Source: Spirochaetia bacterium | Lineage (GTDB): Bacteria > Spirochaetota > Spirochaetia > CADAEX01 | Direction of reading: 5' to 3' | Length of the DNA stretch: 64,000 bases | NCBI GenBank assembly: GCA_963662795.1 | Contig: OY759746.1 | Location: 736,001 to 800,000, forward strand | In this document: piece by piece, positions 30,735-40,570 of the stretch | How positions within the stretch are numbered: the stretch's first letter is position 1 | Layout: every line of letters begins with the position of its first letter | Position numbers and translations under genes: made by a program | The notes under the pieces: model-generated | Told to the model about the DNA's origin: nothing | What the model saw: only the letters and a program-made list of their open reading frames with translations | The model's database searches: none

Positions 30735-32328
30735 TAGTAAATATTCGGTTTTTATCATAGATGATGAAAGACCAGCCTGCAGAAAGATCGAACTGCTTAT
30801 CAACCTTATAGATTGTAATTTTGAAATTTCTGGATGTGCAAAAAATGGTAAGGAATTCCTCGAAATTTACAGCAGTGTCAACCCAGATTTGCTGTTCGTG
30901 GATATCCAAATGCCTGTTATGAATGGCCTCGAACTGATAGGGAAAATCAGGGAAATAAATGTTTCCCAGGCAATAATAATTATAAGCTGCCATGAAAACT
31001 TTCATTATGCAAAAGAAGCAATGAATCTTGGAGTTATTGATTATGTAATAAAAGACCTTCTGACGAAAGAAGAACTTTATTCCATTTTGCTCAAGGCAGA
31101 GAATATTCTATTGAAAAGACAAAAAACAACTTCTATAAAGAAAGTAACTTTACTTGAAAACAGGAACAGTGACTCATTGTTGAATCTAGTTTTTTCAACT
31201 GAATCTGAAACTAAATACGATTTGACCGACAGAAATAATTCCTTTCTTTTGAATGGCCCTTATGCTGTTATGTGCCTGAGCATTGATGATTTCTGGAAAA
31301 TATCCGGCGACAGGGATATTATAATAAACAATATTAATAATACCATATATTCAATATTATATAGTGAAAAATGTGGTGAAGTCACATATTTGAAATCAGG
31401 TATTTTCATGACAGTTGTTTCATTTCATGGATTTAAAAACCCTACTGATGTAATTAGGAATGGTAACGAACTTCTTACCTGTATACGAAATGAATTGCAT
31501 AAAGCTGGTGGATTAACGGTAACAGCAGGAGTATCAGATATCTTCAACAGTATTGATGAAGTTTTTATTCATTACAGACAGGCTTCTGAACTGCTACGAT
31601 ACAGTTTTTTCCTGGATAGGGATAAAACGCTTTTCAGTTGTACAGGAATAACAAAAATACCTGCGGTGAGAACTGAAAAAATTGAAGATAAACTGGAAAG
31701 GATTAAAGAGTATTCCGGGAATAAAAATTTTGATAATGTAATTGACCTGATTAACGAGTTATATGAAACTGAATTCAGTGGTATTCTTCAATACAACTAT
31801 ATACAGCATATTCACTCCAGTCTGATATCAATTGTATTTGATATATGTAAAAGCTGTAACATATCATATCCCGTACTTTTTGGAAAGAACTATATTCCGT
31901 TTGATCAAATCGAATCTTTTGAATCAATCGAAGAATCGCGCGAATGGTTTTTGCGTCTTTTTAAACGTATTGGAGACACAATAAATAAATTGAACATGGA
32001 TATAAAACACAGTCTTCATGTTAAAAAAGCCATATCATTGATCCGGGAAAATCCTAAAATCAGTTTACAGGAGCTTTCCACGAAGATCTTTATAAATAAA
32101 TCCTACTTGTCAAGACTTTTCAGAAAAGAAACAGGCATAACTGTTTTTGAATATGCGCTTGATGTGCGTATTGAACTGGCAAAAAAAATGCTCAATAATC
32201 CTTCTGTCCGGATTTGTGAAATTGCAGACCGACTCGGTTATGAATATGCACAGCAGTTTACGAGTGACTTTAAAAAAACAGTCGGCTTAGCCCCTTCTGA
32301 ATTCAGAACACGAAAAACCCTTCAATGA
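30727..32328 (+). CDS. response regulator with AraC-type output (YesN-like)
   Basis: IIDDE, VDIQMPVMNG; C-terminal YLSRLFRKETG...GYEYAQQF..DFKK. Confidence 0.93.
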   Translation: MSDSKYSVFIIDDERPACRKIELLINLIDCNFEISGCAKNGKEFLEIYSSVNPDLLFVDIQMPVMNGLELIGKIREINVSQAIIIISCHENFHYAKEAMNLGVIDYVIKDLLTKEELYSILLKAENILLKRQKTTSIKKVTLLENRNSDSLLNLVFSTESETKYDLTDRNNSFLLNGPYAVMCLSIDDFWKISGDRDIIINNINNTIYSILYSEKCGEVTYLKSGIFMTVVSFHGFKNPTDVIRNGNELLTCIRNELHKAGGLTVTAGVSDIFNSIDEVFIHYRQASELLRYSFFLDRDKTLFSCTGITKIPAVRTEKIEDKLERIKEYSGNKNFDNVIDLINELYETEFSGILQYNYIQHIHSSLISIVFDICKSCNISYPVLFGKNYIPFDQIESFESIEESREWFLRLFKRIGDTINKLNMDIKHSLHVKKAISLIRENPKISLQELSTKIFINKSYLSRLFRKETGITVFEYALDVRIELAKKMLNNPSVRICEIADRLGYEYAQQFTSDFKKTVGLAPSEFRTRKTLQ

Positions 32329-32418
32329 ATTTGATAATTGTCAATATCCAAGTAATTTAAGTCATTATTTATTATAGCTTTACGGATTTTTTTACCCTAT
32401 TATCACTTTTATGCAAAC

Positions 32419-32640
32419 AGTAGAAAGCAGCTGAATCCTTCAGGTTGGCAGTGTTAAAACACTCAGCCGTAACAGACCTGCAGATAATTTCTACTTTTAA
32501 TACTTCCTTGTAAAGGAAGCAAATGAACCGCATTCAGAAACCGGCCATGAGAATGTGCCAGAACCAATGAATAAAATTGACGGTTTAAGAATGCGAATGC
32601 CATTGGCAAAGCATAATGTCAAGGCAACATTTTGAGGAGG
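32419..32640 (+). promoter_or_regulatory. candidate structured 5' leader RNA (unassigned)
   Basis: Several nested inverted repeats in a more GC-rich tract upstream of the TAXI RBS (see findings). Confidence 0.45.
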
Positions 32641-32645
32641 ATAGA

Positions 32646-33638
32646 ATGAAAAAGTTATTGGTGTTTTTATTGATCTTACTGATTACCGTATCCCTTTTCG
32701 CGGGCGGCACCAAGGAAGCAGGCAGTTCAAGCGAAACGGAAATGTCAGGTGGCTCATATCTGATGGGTACCGGCAGTGCTACAGGAAATTACTATAACTT
32801 TGGGAGTGTTCTTGCCCAGGTTGTAAACTCGAAGACAAGCACAAACCTTACAGTAACTTCAACAGGCGGCTCAGTTGAGAATGCACGTCTTCTCGGGAGT
32901 GGCGAAAACGAATTTGCCTTGATACAGACAGATGTATTTCATTACGCATTGAAAGGGATAGAGCAGTTTAAAGGTGCTCCTATTAAAGGGTTTTCTGCAA
33001 TTACAGCATGCTATCCTGAAATGGTTCAGATTGTAGTATCGAAAAAAAGCGGGATAAAAAGTGTTCTGGATATGAAGAATAAAAGAATCTGTGTCGGTGC
33101 TGCAGGAAGTGGCTATGAAGTAGCTGCCCGCCAGGTTTTGGCTGCCCATGGAATGAATTATGACGATATTGATGAAAGGTTTCTTTCTCAGGCTGAAGGT
33201 AAAAACGCCCTACAGGATGGACAGATTGACGCTTTTTTCATGTGTTCAGGTTATCCTAATTCAAACGTAACAGAACTGAGTCTTACAGGGAATATTGACG
33301 TTATCAGCATCGATGGTACATACATGAAAAAAATGCTGGAAATGTATCCATTCTATGCTCTTTTTTCAACAAGTGATGACCAGTATAATGTCGGGCACAA
33401 GATAACAAGCGTTTCTGTTATGGCAATAATGGTTGCCCGTAATGATGTTCCAGAGAAAGAAATATACAATATAACAAAGGCAATTTATGAGAATCTCGAT
33501 GAATTAAAAAGCCTTAACAGCAAAGCCAACTATGTGAGTCTTGATGGGGCTTTCAGAGGTATCAGCGGTAATGTACATCCTGGAGCTGCAAGATATTATA
33601 AAGAAAAAGGGATGACTGTTCCTGATAAGAATCTTTAA
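32646..33638 (+). CDS. TAXI-family TRAP solute-binding protein
   Basis: MGTGSATGNYY, TGGSVEN, GAAGSG, HPGAARYYKE; RBS GAGGAGG. Confidence 0.93.
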   Translation: MKKLLVFLLILLITVSLFAGGTKEAGSSSETEMSGGSYLMGTGSATGNYYNFGSVLAQVVNSKTSTNLTVTSTGGSVENARLLGSGENEFALIQTDVFHYALKGIEQFKGAPIKGFSAITACYPEMVQIVVSKKSGIKSVLDMKNKRICVGAAGSGYEVAARQVLAAHGMNYDDIDERFLSQAEGKNALQDGQIDAFFMCSGYPNSNVTELSLTGNIDVISIDGTYMKKMLEMYPFYALFSTSDDQYNVGHKITSVSVMAIMVARNDVPEKEIYNITKAIYENLDELKSLNSKANYVSLDGAFRGISGNVHPGAARYYKEKGMTVPDKNL

Positions 33639-33650
33639 TAACTTTTAATA

Positions 33651-33674
33651 AGTGGGAGATTGATATCTCCCACT
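33651..33674 (+). terminator. stem-loop after the TAXI SBP (stabiliser or partial terminator)
   Basis: AGTGGGAGAT-tgat-ATCTCCCACT. Confidence 0.6.
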
Positions 33675-33704
33675 GTTATCATCAAGCAACAGGAGTAGCC
33701 TTTA

Positions 33705-35657
33705 ATGCGCATTAAATTTTTTGCAAAATATAATCGGACAATAACGGAAGATATTGATCTGACAACTATTGACAGGGAATCCAAATTCAAGAATTTCACG
33801 GGCAACCAAAAAGTATTATTGACAATTGCGTTAACGATATTTGCCTGTTTCCAGTTGTATGCCTCCATTACAAACAGTTTCCCGCAGCAAATTGTTAGAT
33901 ACACACATCTTGGATTTGCAATAAGTCTGGCTTACATTATGTATCCTGCCACCAAAAAAACAGACAGAAACAGACACAGTATATTTGATATAATGATTGC
34001 TTTGATTTTTATCACTGTCATTTCATATTTTCTGAAAAATTATGAAGTTCTGCAATTCAGAGCTGGTTCATACAACAGGGTTGATGTAGTCATGGCCGGT
34101 CTTGGTATTTTTCTGGTCTTGGCTGCTTGCTGGAGGGTCGTCGGAGCACCAATTGTCTGTATTGCGTCTTTCTTCATTATTTACGGTTTTATCGGAAAAT
34201 ATCTTCCAGGATTCCTGCATCACCGGGGGTATTCTGTTCAGCGTATTATCACACACCTGTTCCTTACCACAGAAGGCGTAATAGGGAATCCGCTTGGAGT
34301 GTGTTCCACGTTCATTTTTTTATTCATTTTTTTCGGCGCTTGTCTTGAAAAAACAGGAATTGGGCAGTTTTTCATTGATGCTGCAACAAGCGCTGCAGGC
34401 TGGGCTGCCGGGGGGCCGGCAAAAGTGTCGGTTCTGTCATCAGCCCTAACCGGTACAATAAGCGGATCATCAGTTTCTAATACAGTCAGTACAGGAAGTT
34501 TTACAATCCCAATGATGAAAAAACTGGGTTACAAACCGGAATTTGCTGCAGCAGTCGAGGCAGCTGCATCCACAGGCGGTCAGATAATGCCGCCGGTTAT
34601 GGGGTCCGCAGCATTCCTTATTAGCGATGCTGTGGGTATTCCGTATTCAGCACTGATGAAGCATACAATAATTCCTGCAGTTCTTTACTTTACCGGCATT
34701 TGGGTGATGGTTCATCTTGAGGCCAAAAAGAATGGACTGAAAGGTATTCCCAGAGAACAGCTGAATCCATTGTGGCCGTTATTGAAAGCAAAAGGACATC
34801 TCGTGCTGCCGCTTGTAGGTATTATCTATTTCATGCTCAACGGCTTTACAATAACACGGAGCGCGCTCTGGGGAATAATGATTGCAGTAGTGATACCATT
34901 TGTGAAAAAGGATACCAGAATTCCAGTGAAACAGATTCTGTCGGCTTTACCAGCGGCTGCCAGGGGTATTATAAGTGTTGCAACAGCATGCGCAACTGCA
35001 GGAATTATTGTCGGGATGGTAACTTTAACTGGCTTGGGTCAAAGAATAGGCGCCGGAATGTTCGATCTTGTAGGTGGCAGTGTTATACTGGGGCTGATGA
35101 GTGCTATGTTTACATCACTGATTCTTGGAATGGGTGTGTCAACGACTTCAAACTATATCATAACAAGTACGGTAGCAGCGCCAATCCTTATTAAAATGGG
35201 AATACCACTGCTTGCAAGTCATCTGTTCTGTTTTTATTTCGGAATCATTGCCGATATAACTCCTCCTGTGGCTCTGGCTGCTTATGCAGGATCCGCGATA
35301 GCCAAGAGCAACCCATTTAAAACAGGTATTATTGCTTCAAAAATCGCTATCGGGGCTTTTATCATTCCGTATATGTTTGCAATATCGCCGAAGATGATCC
35401 TGATTGACGGAACACTGATGGAAGCGCTTCCAATGTTTGTCACAGCAATTATCGGAATGATAGGCATCAGCGGAGGCTTGATCGGGTTTTTGTTTGTTCC
35501 AATAAGAAGGAACTGGCGACTGTTTCTGTTTTTGAGCGGAGTCATGCTTGTTGTTCCGGGCGTAATGACTGATATTGCCGGTTCAATACAAATCATACTT
35601 ATCGTCGTGCTTCACAAGTTCTTTTTCATCAAAGAGAAAGAACTTGCAATGTATTGA
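33705..35657 (+). CDS. TRAP fused 4TM/12TM permease (TAXI-associated)
   Basis: GGPAK, EAAASTGGQIMPPVMG, ADITPPVALAAY. Confidence 0.94.
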   Translation: MRIKFFAKYNRTITEDIDLTTIDRESKFKNFTGNQKVLLTIALTIFACFQLYASITNSFPQQIVRYTHLGFAISLAYIMYPATKKTDRNRHSIFDIMIALIFITVISYFLKNYEVLQFRAGSYNRVDVVMAGLGIFLVLAACWRVVGAPIVCIASFFIIYGFIGKYLPGFLHHRGYSVQRIITHLFLTTEGVIGNPLGVCSTFIFLFIFFGACLEKTGIGQFFIDAATSAAGWAAGGPAKVSVLSSALTGTISGSSVSNTVSTGSFTIPMMKKLGYKPEFAAAVEAAASTGGQIMPPVMGSAAFLISDAVGIPYSALMKHTIIPAVLYFTGIWVMVHLEAKKNGLKGIPREQLNPLWPLLKAKGHLVLPLVGIIYFMLNGFTITRSALWGIMIAVVIPFVKKDTRIPVKQILSALPAAARGIISVATACATAGIIVGMVTLTGLGQRIGAGMFDLVGGSVILGLMSAMFTSLILGMGVSTTSNYIITSTVAAPILIKMGIPLLASHLFCFYFGIIADITPPVALAAYAGSAIAKSNPFKTGIIASKIAIGAFIIPYMFAISPKMILIDGTLMEALPMFVTAIIGMIGISGGLIGFLFVPIRRNWRLFLFLSGVMLVVPGVMTDIAGSIQIILIVVLHKFFFIKEKELAMY

Positions 35658-35805
35658 AGAATTCAGTGTGAATAGAAATATGGCATGATAATGTTTTGAC
35701 TAGTGTCTCAATAAATATCTCAAAACCATTGTTAATGTTTTTTTTTGATAAACAAATTTAACTGCTTGTTTCTTTACTCAGTTTTATTTACACAACGGAG
35801 ATCAA

Positions 35806-36465
35806 ATGAGCATTTCTATATTGGATAATTATACGGCTTTGTTTGAAAATAAAATTAAAATCTCGGGCTTTGACTGCAAACCTTTATCAGGGGAAACAGA
35901 AGTCATTATTCTTCGAAGCCGTACACGTATTGACAGAAATTTTATCGAAAAATATCCCAATCTTAAACTTATAATAAGGGGTGGTGTCGGACTTGACAAT
36001 ATCGATCTGTATTATGCAAGCGAGAAAGGGATAATGATTAAAAATACACCAAAAGCATCTTCAATAGCCGTAGCTGAACTGGCATTTGCTCATCTCATAG
36101 CTATTTCATCGTTATTGATCGAAGAGCATAACAGCATGAAAAAAGGGGTATGGCTTAAAAATGAATTAAAAAGAACAGAACTCTATGGTAAAACTATTTG
36201 TCTGGTTGGCCTTGGTAATATTGGATTGGAAATGGCAAAGCGTTGTCATTCTTTTGGTATGAAAGTCATTGCGTATAAAAAAACAATCAGTACCTGCCCG
36301 TACGCTGATGTGTGGGATAAGGAACCACCGGATGATACTACACTTCTTTACAGATCGGGAAGAGTCTTTATGACACCTCATATCGGCGCATCAACGGTTG
36401 AGAATCTTGACAGAGTTGAGAATGAAATAATTACAATACTTAAAAAATTCAAAAAGGAAAATTGA
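35806..36465 (+). pseudogene. serA: D-3-phosphoglycerate dehydrogenase-like (SerA) with an in-frame internal deletion
   Basis: RGGVGLDNID, VAELAF, GLGNIG, then jumps directly to DVWDKEP...TPHIGAST; the SLHxP and INxxRG segment is missing. Confidence 0.75.
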
Positions 36466-36466
36466 T

Positions 36467-37552
36467 ATGAACAGGATCGCAAATTTTTATGCAGGACCTT
36501 CCGTTCTTCCGGTAGAGGTTCTTGAAGAATTGTCCAGGGAAATGGTTGATTACAAAGGGACAGGATTGTCTTTAATAGAGACCAGCCATAGATCTTCAGT
36601 TTATGAAGAAGTACACAACAGGGCTATTGAATTATTAAGGGAAATATTCAACGTCCCCACAGATTACCATATTCTGCTCTTACAGGGCGGGGGTACCCTT
36701 CAGTTTGGCATGATACCTATGAATCTTTCGATTGGGGATTTAACCTGCGATTATGTAATTACCGGAAAATGGAGCCAAAACGCTTATGATGATGCAAAAA
36801 GAATAACTTATGCAAACGCTGTTTACGATGGAAGGGATACCAATTATACACATATTCCTGAACCTGATGAAATCAAACTATCTCGTAATTCATCTTATTG
36901 TTACATAACGTCAAATGAAACAATCGGGGGAATACAGTGGAATGAATGGCCTGACACCGGCGATATCCCCCTGGTTTGTGATATGTCAAGTGACATTCTG
37001 AGTCGTCCTGTCCCGGTTGAAAATTTCGGATTGATTTATGCGGGAGCACAGAAAAATCTTGGTCCAGCCGGTGTTACAATTGTCATAATCAGGGATGATC
37101 TGCTTAAAAGAGCTCCAGACAATATTCCTGTTTACCTGAATTACAATTCCCATGTAAAGAATAATTCACTTTATAACACTCCGCCCATGTTTTCAATCTG
37201 GTCGGTAAAAATATTGCTTGAATATATGAAAAAGAATGGAGGTTTGCCACAGGTAGTTGACAACAATAAAAGAAAAGCTGATTTGATATATAATGCCATA
37301 AAACTCAGCGCTGGGTTTTACATTTCACCGGTAGAAGAAAAAAGCAGATCCTTGATGAATGTTGTTTTTACAATAAAAAACAGAGAACTGGAATCATTAT
37401 TTCTGAAAAAAGCAGCTGAAAACAACTTTACAGGTTTGAAAGGCCATAAAAGCGTGGGTGGATTGCGGGCATCCTTGTATAACTCATTACCGATATCCGA
37501 TGTATTAAAACTTTCTGAATTTATGCTTGATTTTTATAACAGCAATAAATAG
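36467..37552 (+). CDS. serC: phosphoserine aminotransferase
   Basis: NFYAGPS, SHRS, NETIGG, DMSSD, YAGAQKNLGPAG, NTPP, GHKSVGGLRAS. Confidence 0.96.
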   Translation: MNRIANFYAGPSVLPVEVLEELSREMVDYKGTGLSLIETSHRSSVYEEVHNRAIELLREIFNVPTDYHILLLQGGGTLQFGMIPMNLSIGDLTCDYVITGKWSQNAYDDAKRITYANAVYDGRDTNYTHIPEPDEIKLSRNSSYCYITSNETIGGIQWNEWPDTGDIPLVCDMSSDILSRPVPVENFGLIYAGAQKNLGPAGVTIVIIRDDLLKRAPDNIPVYLNYNSHVKNNSLYNTPPMFSIWSVKILLEYMKKNGGLPQVVDNNKRKADLIYNAIKLSAGFYISPVEEKSRSLMNVVFTIKNRELESLFLKKAAENNFTGLKGHKSVGGLRASLYNSLPISDVLKLSEFMLDFYNSNK

Positions 37553-37707
37553 AAAAATATTTAACAATTTTTATTCAATAAACTTATGACTTTTAGGTGC
37601 CAGGTTGTTGTGATTTTATGAATGTTGGATTATAAGAATATTTAATATAGAAGTTGTAACCAAAATTATGATTATGGGACATTTTACAAAACCGGAGACT
37701 TCAGCTT

Positions 37708-39024
37708 TTGAGAATAAGAAATAATCCTGGTGTGTTACTGGCTATAACTGCAATAATAATTACCGCTTGCGGTTATCGTGAAACAGCACACCAATACAAA
37801 AAAGAACCGCTTGAAATTGAATTCTGGTATGGCTTGGAAGGCAAGGCCGCAAAAGCTGTTGAAGATATAGTTCTTTCTTTCAATGAATCACAGGATGATT
37901 ATTATGTGAATGCGGTTCAGCAGGGCAGTCAGACAGAAACGGCCCAGGCACTGTATGCAACAATAATAAATAATACCGAACCTGCATGCCTTATTTTAAA
38001 TTATGAACACAGCGCTTCATTGTATTTGCGCGGGGGATTGACACCCCTGAATGGCCTGATTGACACTACTGTGGATTTTAATAAAGAGGATATATATCAG
38101 ATATTCCTTAAATCAGCTGAGAAAGACGGCGAATATTATGGCGTACCAGCTTTCGGGTCTACACAGATACTGTATTATAGAAAAGATATGTACCGTGATT
38201 CAGGCATAAACATGGAATCGCTTAAATCCTGGGATACACTTGCCGATTCTACCAGAGAACTTACAAAGAGAGACGACGATATAACTCTTGTATACGGATT
38301 GGAAATGATCCAGCCGAAAATTAATCTTATTGATGCTGCTATCAGTAAAGGAGGGGTTTTTCTGACAAATGATGGAAGGACTGTTGTCGTTGACTCACCG
38401 GAATGGATTGAAGCTTGGGAATTTATAAGAAAATCAATTTTTGTTGATAAAACCATCAAAGTCAACTATGGAGGATACGGGTGGGAAGCATTGTTTGCTA
38501 CAATAGATGATGTCATGCACGGAAGATCTGCAGGGTGTATAGGCTCAAGCGGTGATCTTTTGTATCTTTACAATCCAGTGATAAGCGCCCATATTCTACC
38601 CGGCTGGGACGGGAGTCAGGGCAAGCCTGCAGCAGTTGCCGATATAATATGCATTCCGCGTAAAGTATCGCTGGAAAAAAAAAGAGGTGCTTTCCAGTTT
38701 ATCAATTACTTTATAAGTACTTCCAATACAGCGGACTTTTCAATAAAAACCGGATATATTCCTGTCAGAAAATCAGTTTTACAGACCGATAAATATCAGA
38801 AATTTCTCAGTGAAAATCCAAACGCTCTTGTTTCTCTTAAACAACTTGAAACCGCTGTTCCGCCTTTTTTCGATCCAACAGGTGGAAAGATAAACAAGAT
38901 ACTCGAAAATGCTGCTGAGCTTCTTGTATTTGAAAACATTCCTGCCGAAACAGTTCTGAGAGAAGCAAAAACCAAAGCGCAGTCTGCTCTTGACGTTTAT
39001 CTGAAAGAACGAACAGGAAATTGA
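37708..39024 (+). CDS. ABC-type solute-binding lipoprotein (UgpB/cluster 1-like), no cognate permease nearby
   Basis: Lipobox ITAC, IEFWYGL, FNESQ, LYYRKD, TGYIPVRKS. Confidence 0.85.
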   Translation: MRIRNNPGVLLAITAIIITACGYRETAHQYKKEPLEIEFWYGLEGKAAKAVEDIVLSFNESQDDYYVNAVQQGSQTETAQALYATIINNTEPACLILNYEHSASLYLRGGLTPLNGLIDTTVDFNKEDIYQIFLKSAEKDGEYYGVPAFGSTQILYYRKDMYRDSGINMESLKSWDTLADSTRELTKRDDDITLVYGLEMIQPKINLIDAAISKGGVFLTNDGRTVVVDSPEWIEAWEFIRKSIFVDKTIKVNYGGYGWEALFATIDDVMHGRSAGCIGSSGDLLYLYNPVISAHILPGWDGSQGKPAAVADIICIPRKVSLEKKRGAFQFINYFISTSNTADFSIKTGYIPVRKSVLQTDKYQKFLSENPNALVSLKQLETAVPPFFDPTGGKINKILENAAELLVFENIPAETVLREAKTKAQSALDVYLKERTGN

Positions 39025-39095
39025 ACAATTATTCAGAATGTGCATATTCTTGCAGAGTTATTGAAAAGGATTAATTTTATTTATGGAGAAATTCA

Positions 39096-39453
39096 ATGAA
39101 ATCAATTGTGTGTTTCGGAGATTCAAATACATGGGGTTATGGTTATATACCGGGAAGCAGCGGAAAACGTTATCCAGATGAGAAACGCTGGACATCTGTG
39201 CTGTCGGAGAAAATGGGAAATGGCTATGCGCCATGATACCCGAGGGTCTTAACGGAAGAACTACAGTGTTTGATGACCCGCTTACAGGAAACAAATCAGG
39301 GCTGGTTCATCTTGATACAGTACTGACTTCGCATTACCCGATCGATCTCTCATTTTTATGCTTGGAACAAACGACCTGAAAGACCGTTTCAATGTCACGG
39401 CCTCAGGCATCGCCAAAGGTATGGAACGACTTATCGAGAATGCCGGGGAGACA
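39096..39453 (+). pseudogene. SGNH/GDSL hydrolase pseudogene, frameshifted and truncated by IS256
   Basis: MKSIVCFGDSNTWG, then EGLNGRTT and MLGTNDLK in other frames; stops at the IS256 end. Confidence 0.85.
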
Positions 39454-40570
39454 AAGCCTGTAAAGAATTCTGTGTAACTGACTTTTCATTCATCAGAAAA
39501 CCGCTCTCCATATTCCAATAAAAATAGGTTCATCGCCGGTTTCCACTCACGGAGAGGCATGCTCCATTTCTTTGAAGCCTGCTTTGCAGCCAGGTATATA
39601 ATTTTAAATGCCGATTTGTCATTGGGAAATATCCTGCGATTTTTTATGGCTTTTCGAATTACACTGTTTAAAGATTCAATTGCATTTGTCGTATAAATTA
39701 TTTTACGGATTTCATCAGGATAATCAAAGATTGTTATCAGGTTTTCCCAGCTTTTCCCCACATTCTGCTGATCGATGCATATTGACTGTCCCATTTATCT
39801 GAAAATATCACTAATTCCCTTTCTGCTTCATCAAGGGTTATTGAAGAGTAGATTCTTTTCAAATCCCCAGCCAGTTCTTTACAGTCTTTATAGGAAACGT
39901 ATTTCAAAGAGTTCCTTACCATTGTACAATGCATAATCAGATTTTTGTTTTGGGAAATACTGTATTTATCTCTTCAGGGAAGCCTGTAAGTCCATCCTCA
40001 CTTGCAATGAAGATATCTTTTACACCTCTGGGAGTGAAGTTCCGTTAGTATAGAAAGCCAGAACTTCACTCCTTCGTTTTCTGATATCCAGAGTCCCAAA
40101 AGTTCCTTAATTCCTTCTGTGGTAACACCCAGGGCAAGATAAACAGCCTTGTTGATTACTCTTTTATCCTGATGCACCTTAACAACAATGCAATCAAGGT
40201 AAATTATCGGATAGACACTCTCAAGTGGACGGTTTTGCCGCTGCTCAACTTCCTCAAGAACCGCATCGGTTATTACTTTTTTGCCTGTACGGCCACCATT
40301 ACGGCTGTTCAGTTTATTACGGCCCTGGCTTGAATGCTTCTCGTAACCTAAGTGGCTATCCAGTTCTGCATTAAGGGCTTTCTCAATTGTCAATTTCATC
40401 AGCCGGCCTAAAGGGTTTGCAAGATCCGATTCACTCTTGACCCCTTTTACCAGTTCTGTTGCCAATTCTTCCAAACGCTCTTTATCCATCATAATACTGC
40501 TCATTCTATATCCTTTGCCTTTGTGAGGCTATTTAGAATTTTGCAGTTACACAGTTTTTAGTACAGAGTC
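39454..40570 (-). mobile_element. IS256-family element remnant
   Basis: Imperfect IRs sharing CTGT...CTGTGTAACT; transposase fragments 39998-40504, 39737-39934, 39486-39794 (YPIIYLD, YTTNAIES); internal deletion after SRNG. Confidence 0.88.

Noticed and set aside
32427-32500. c-di-AMP (ydaO) riboswitch call
   Set aside because: Only the 5' GCTGAATCC..GG matches; the GGGGTGAATC, GTAGGG and CCCGxCAGCTAAC elements are missing
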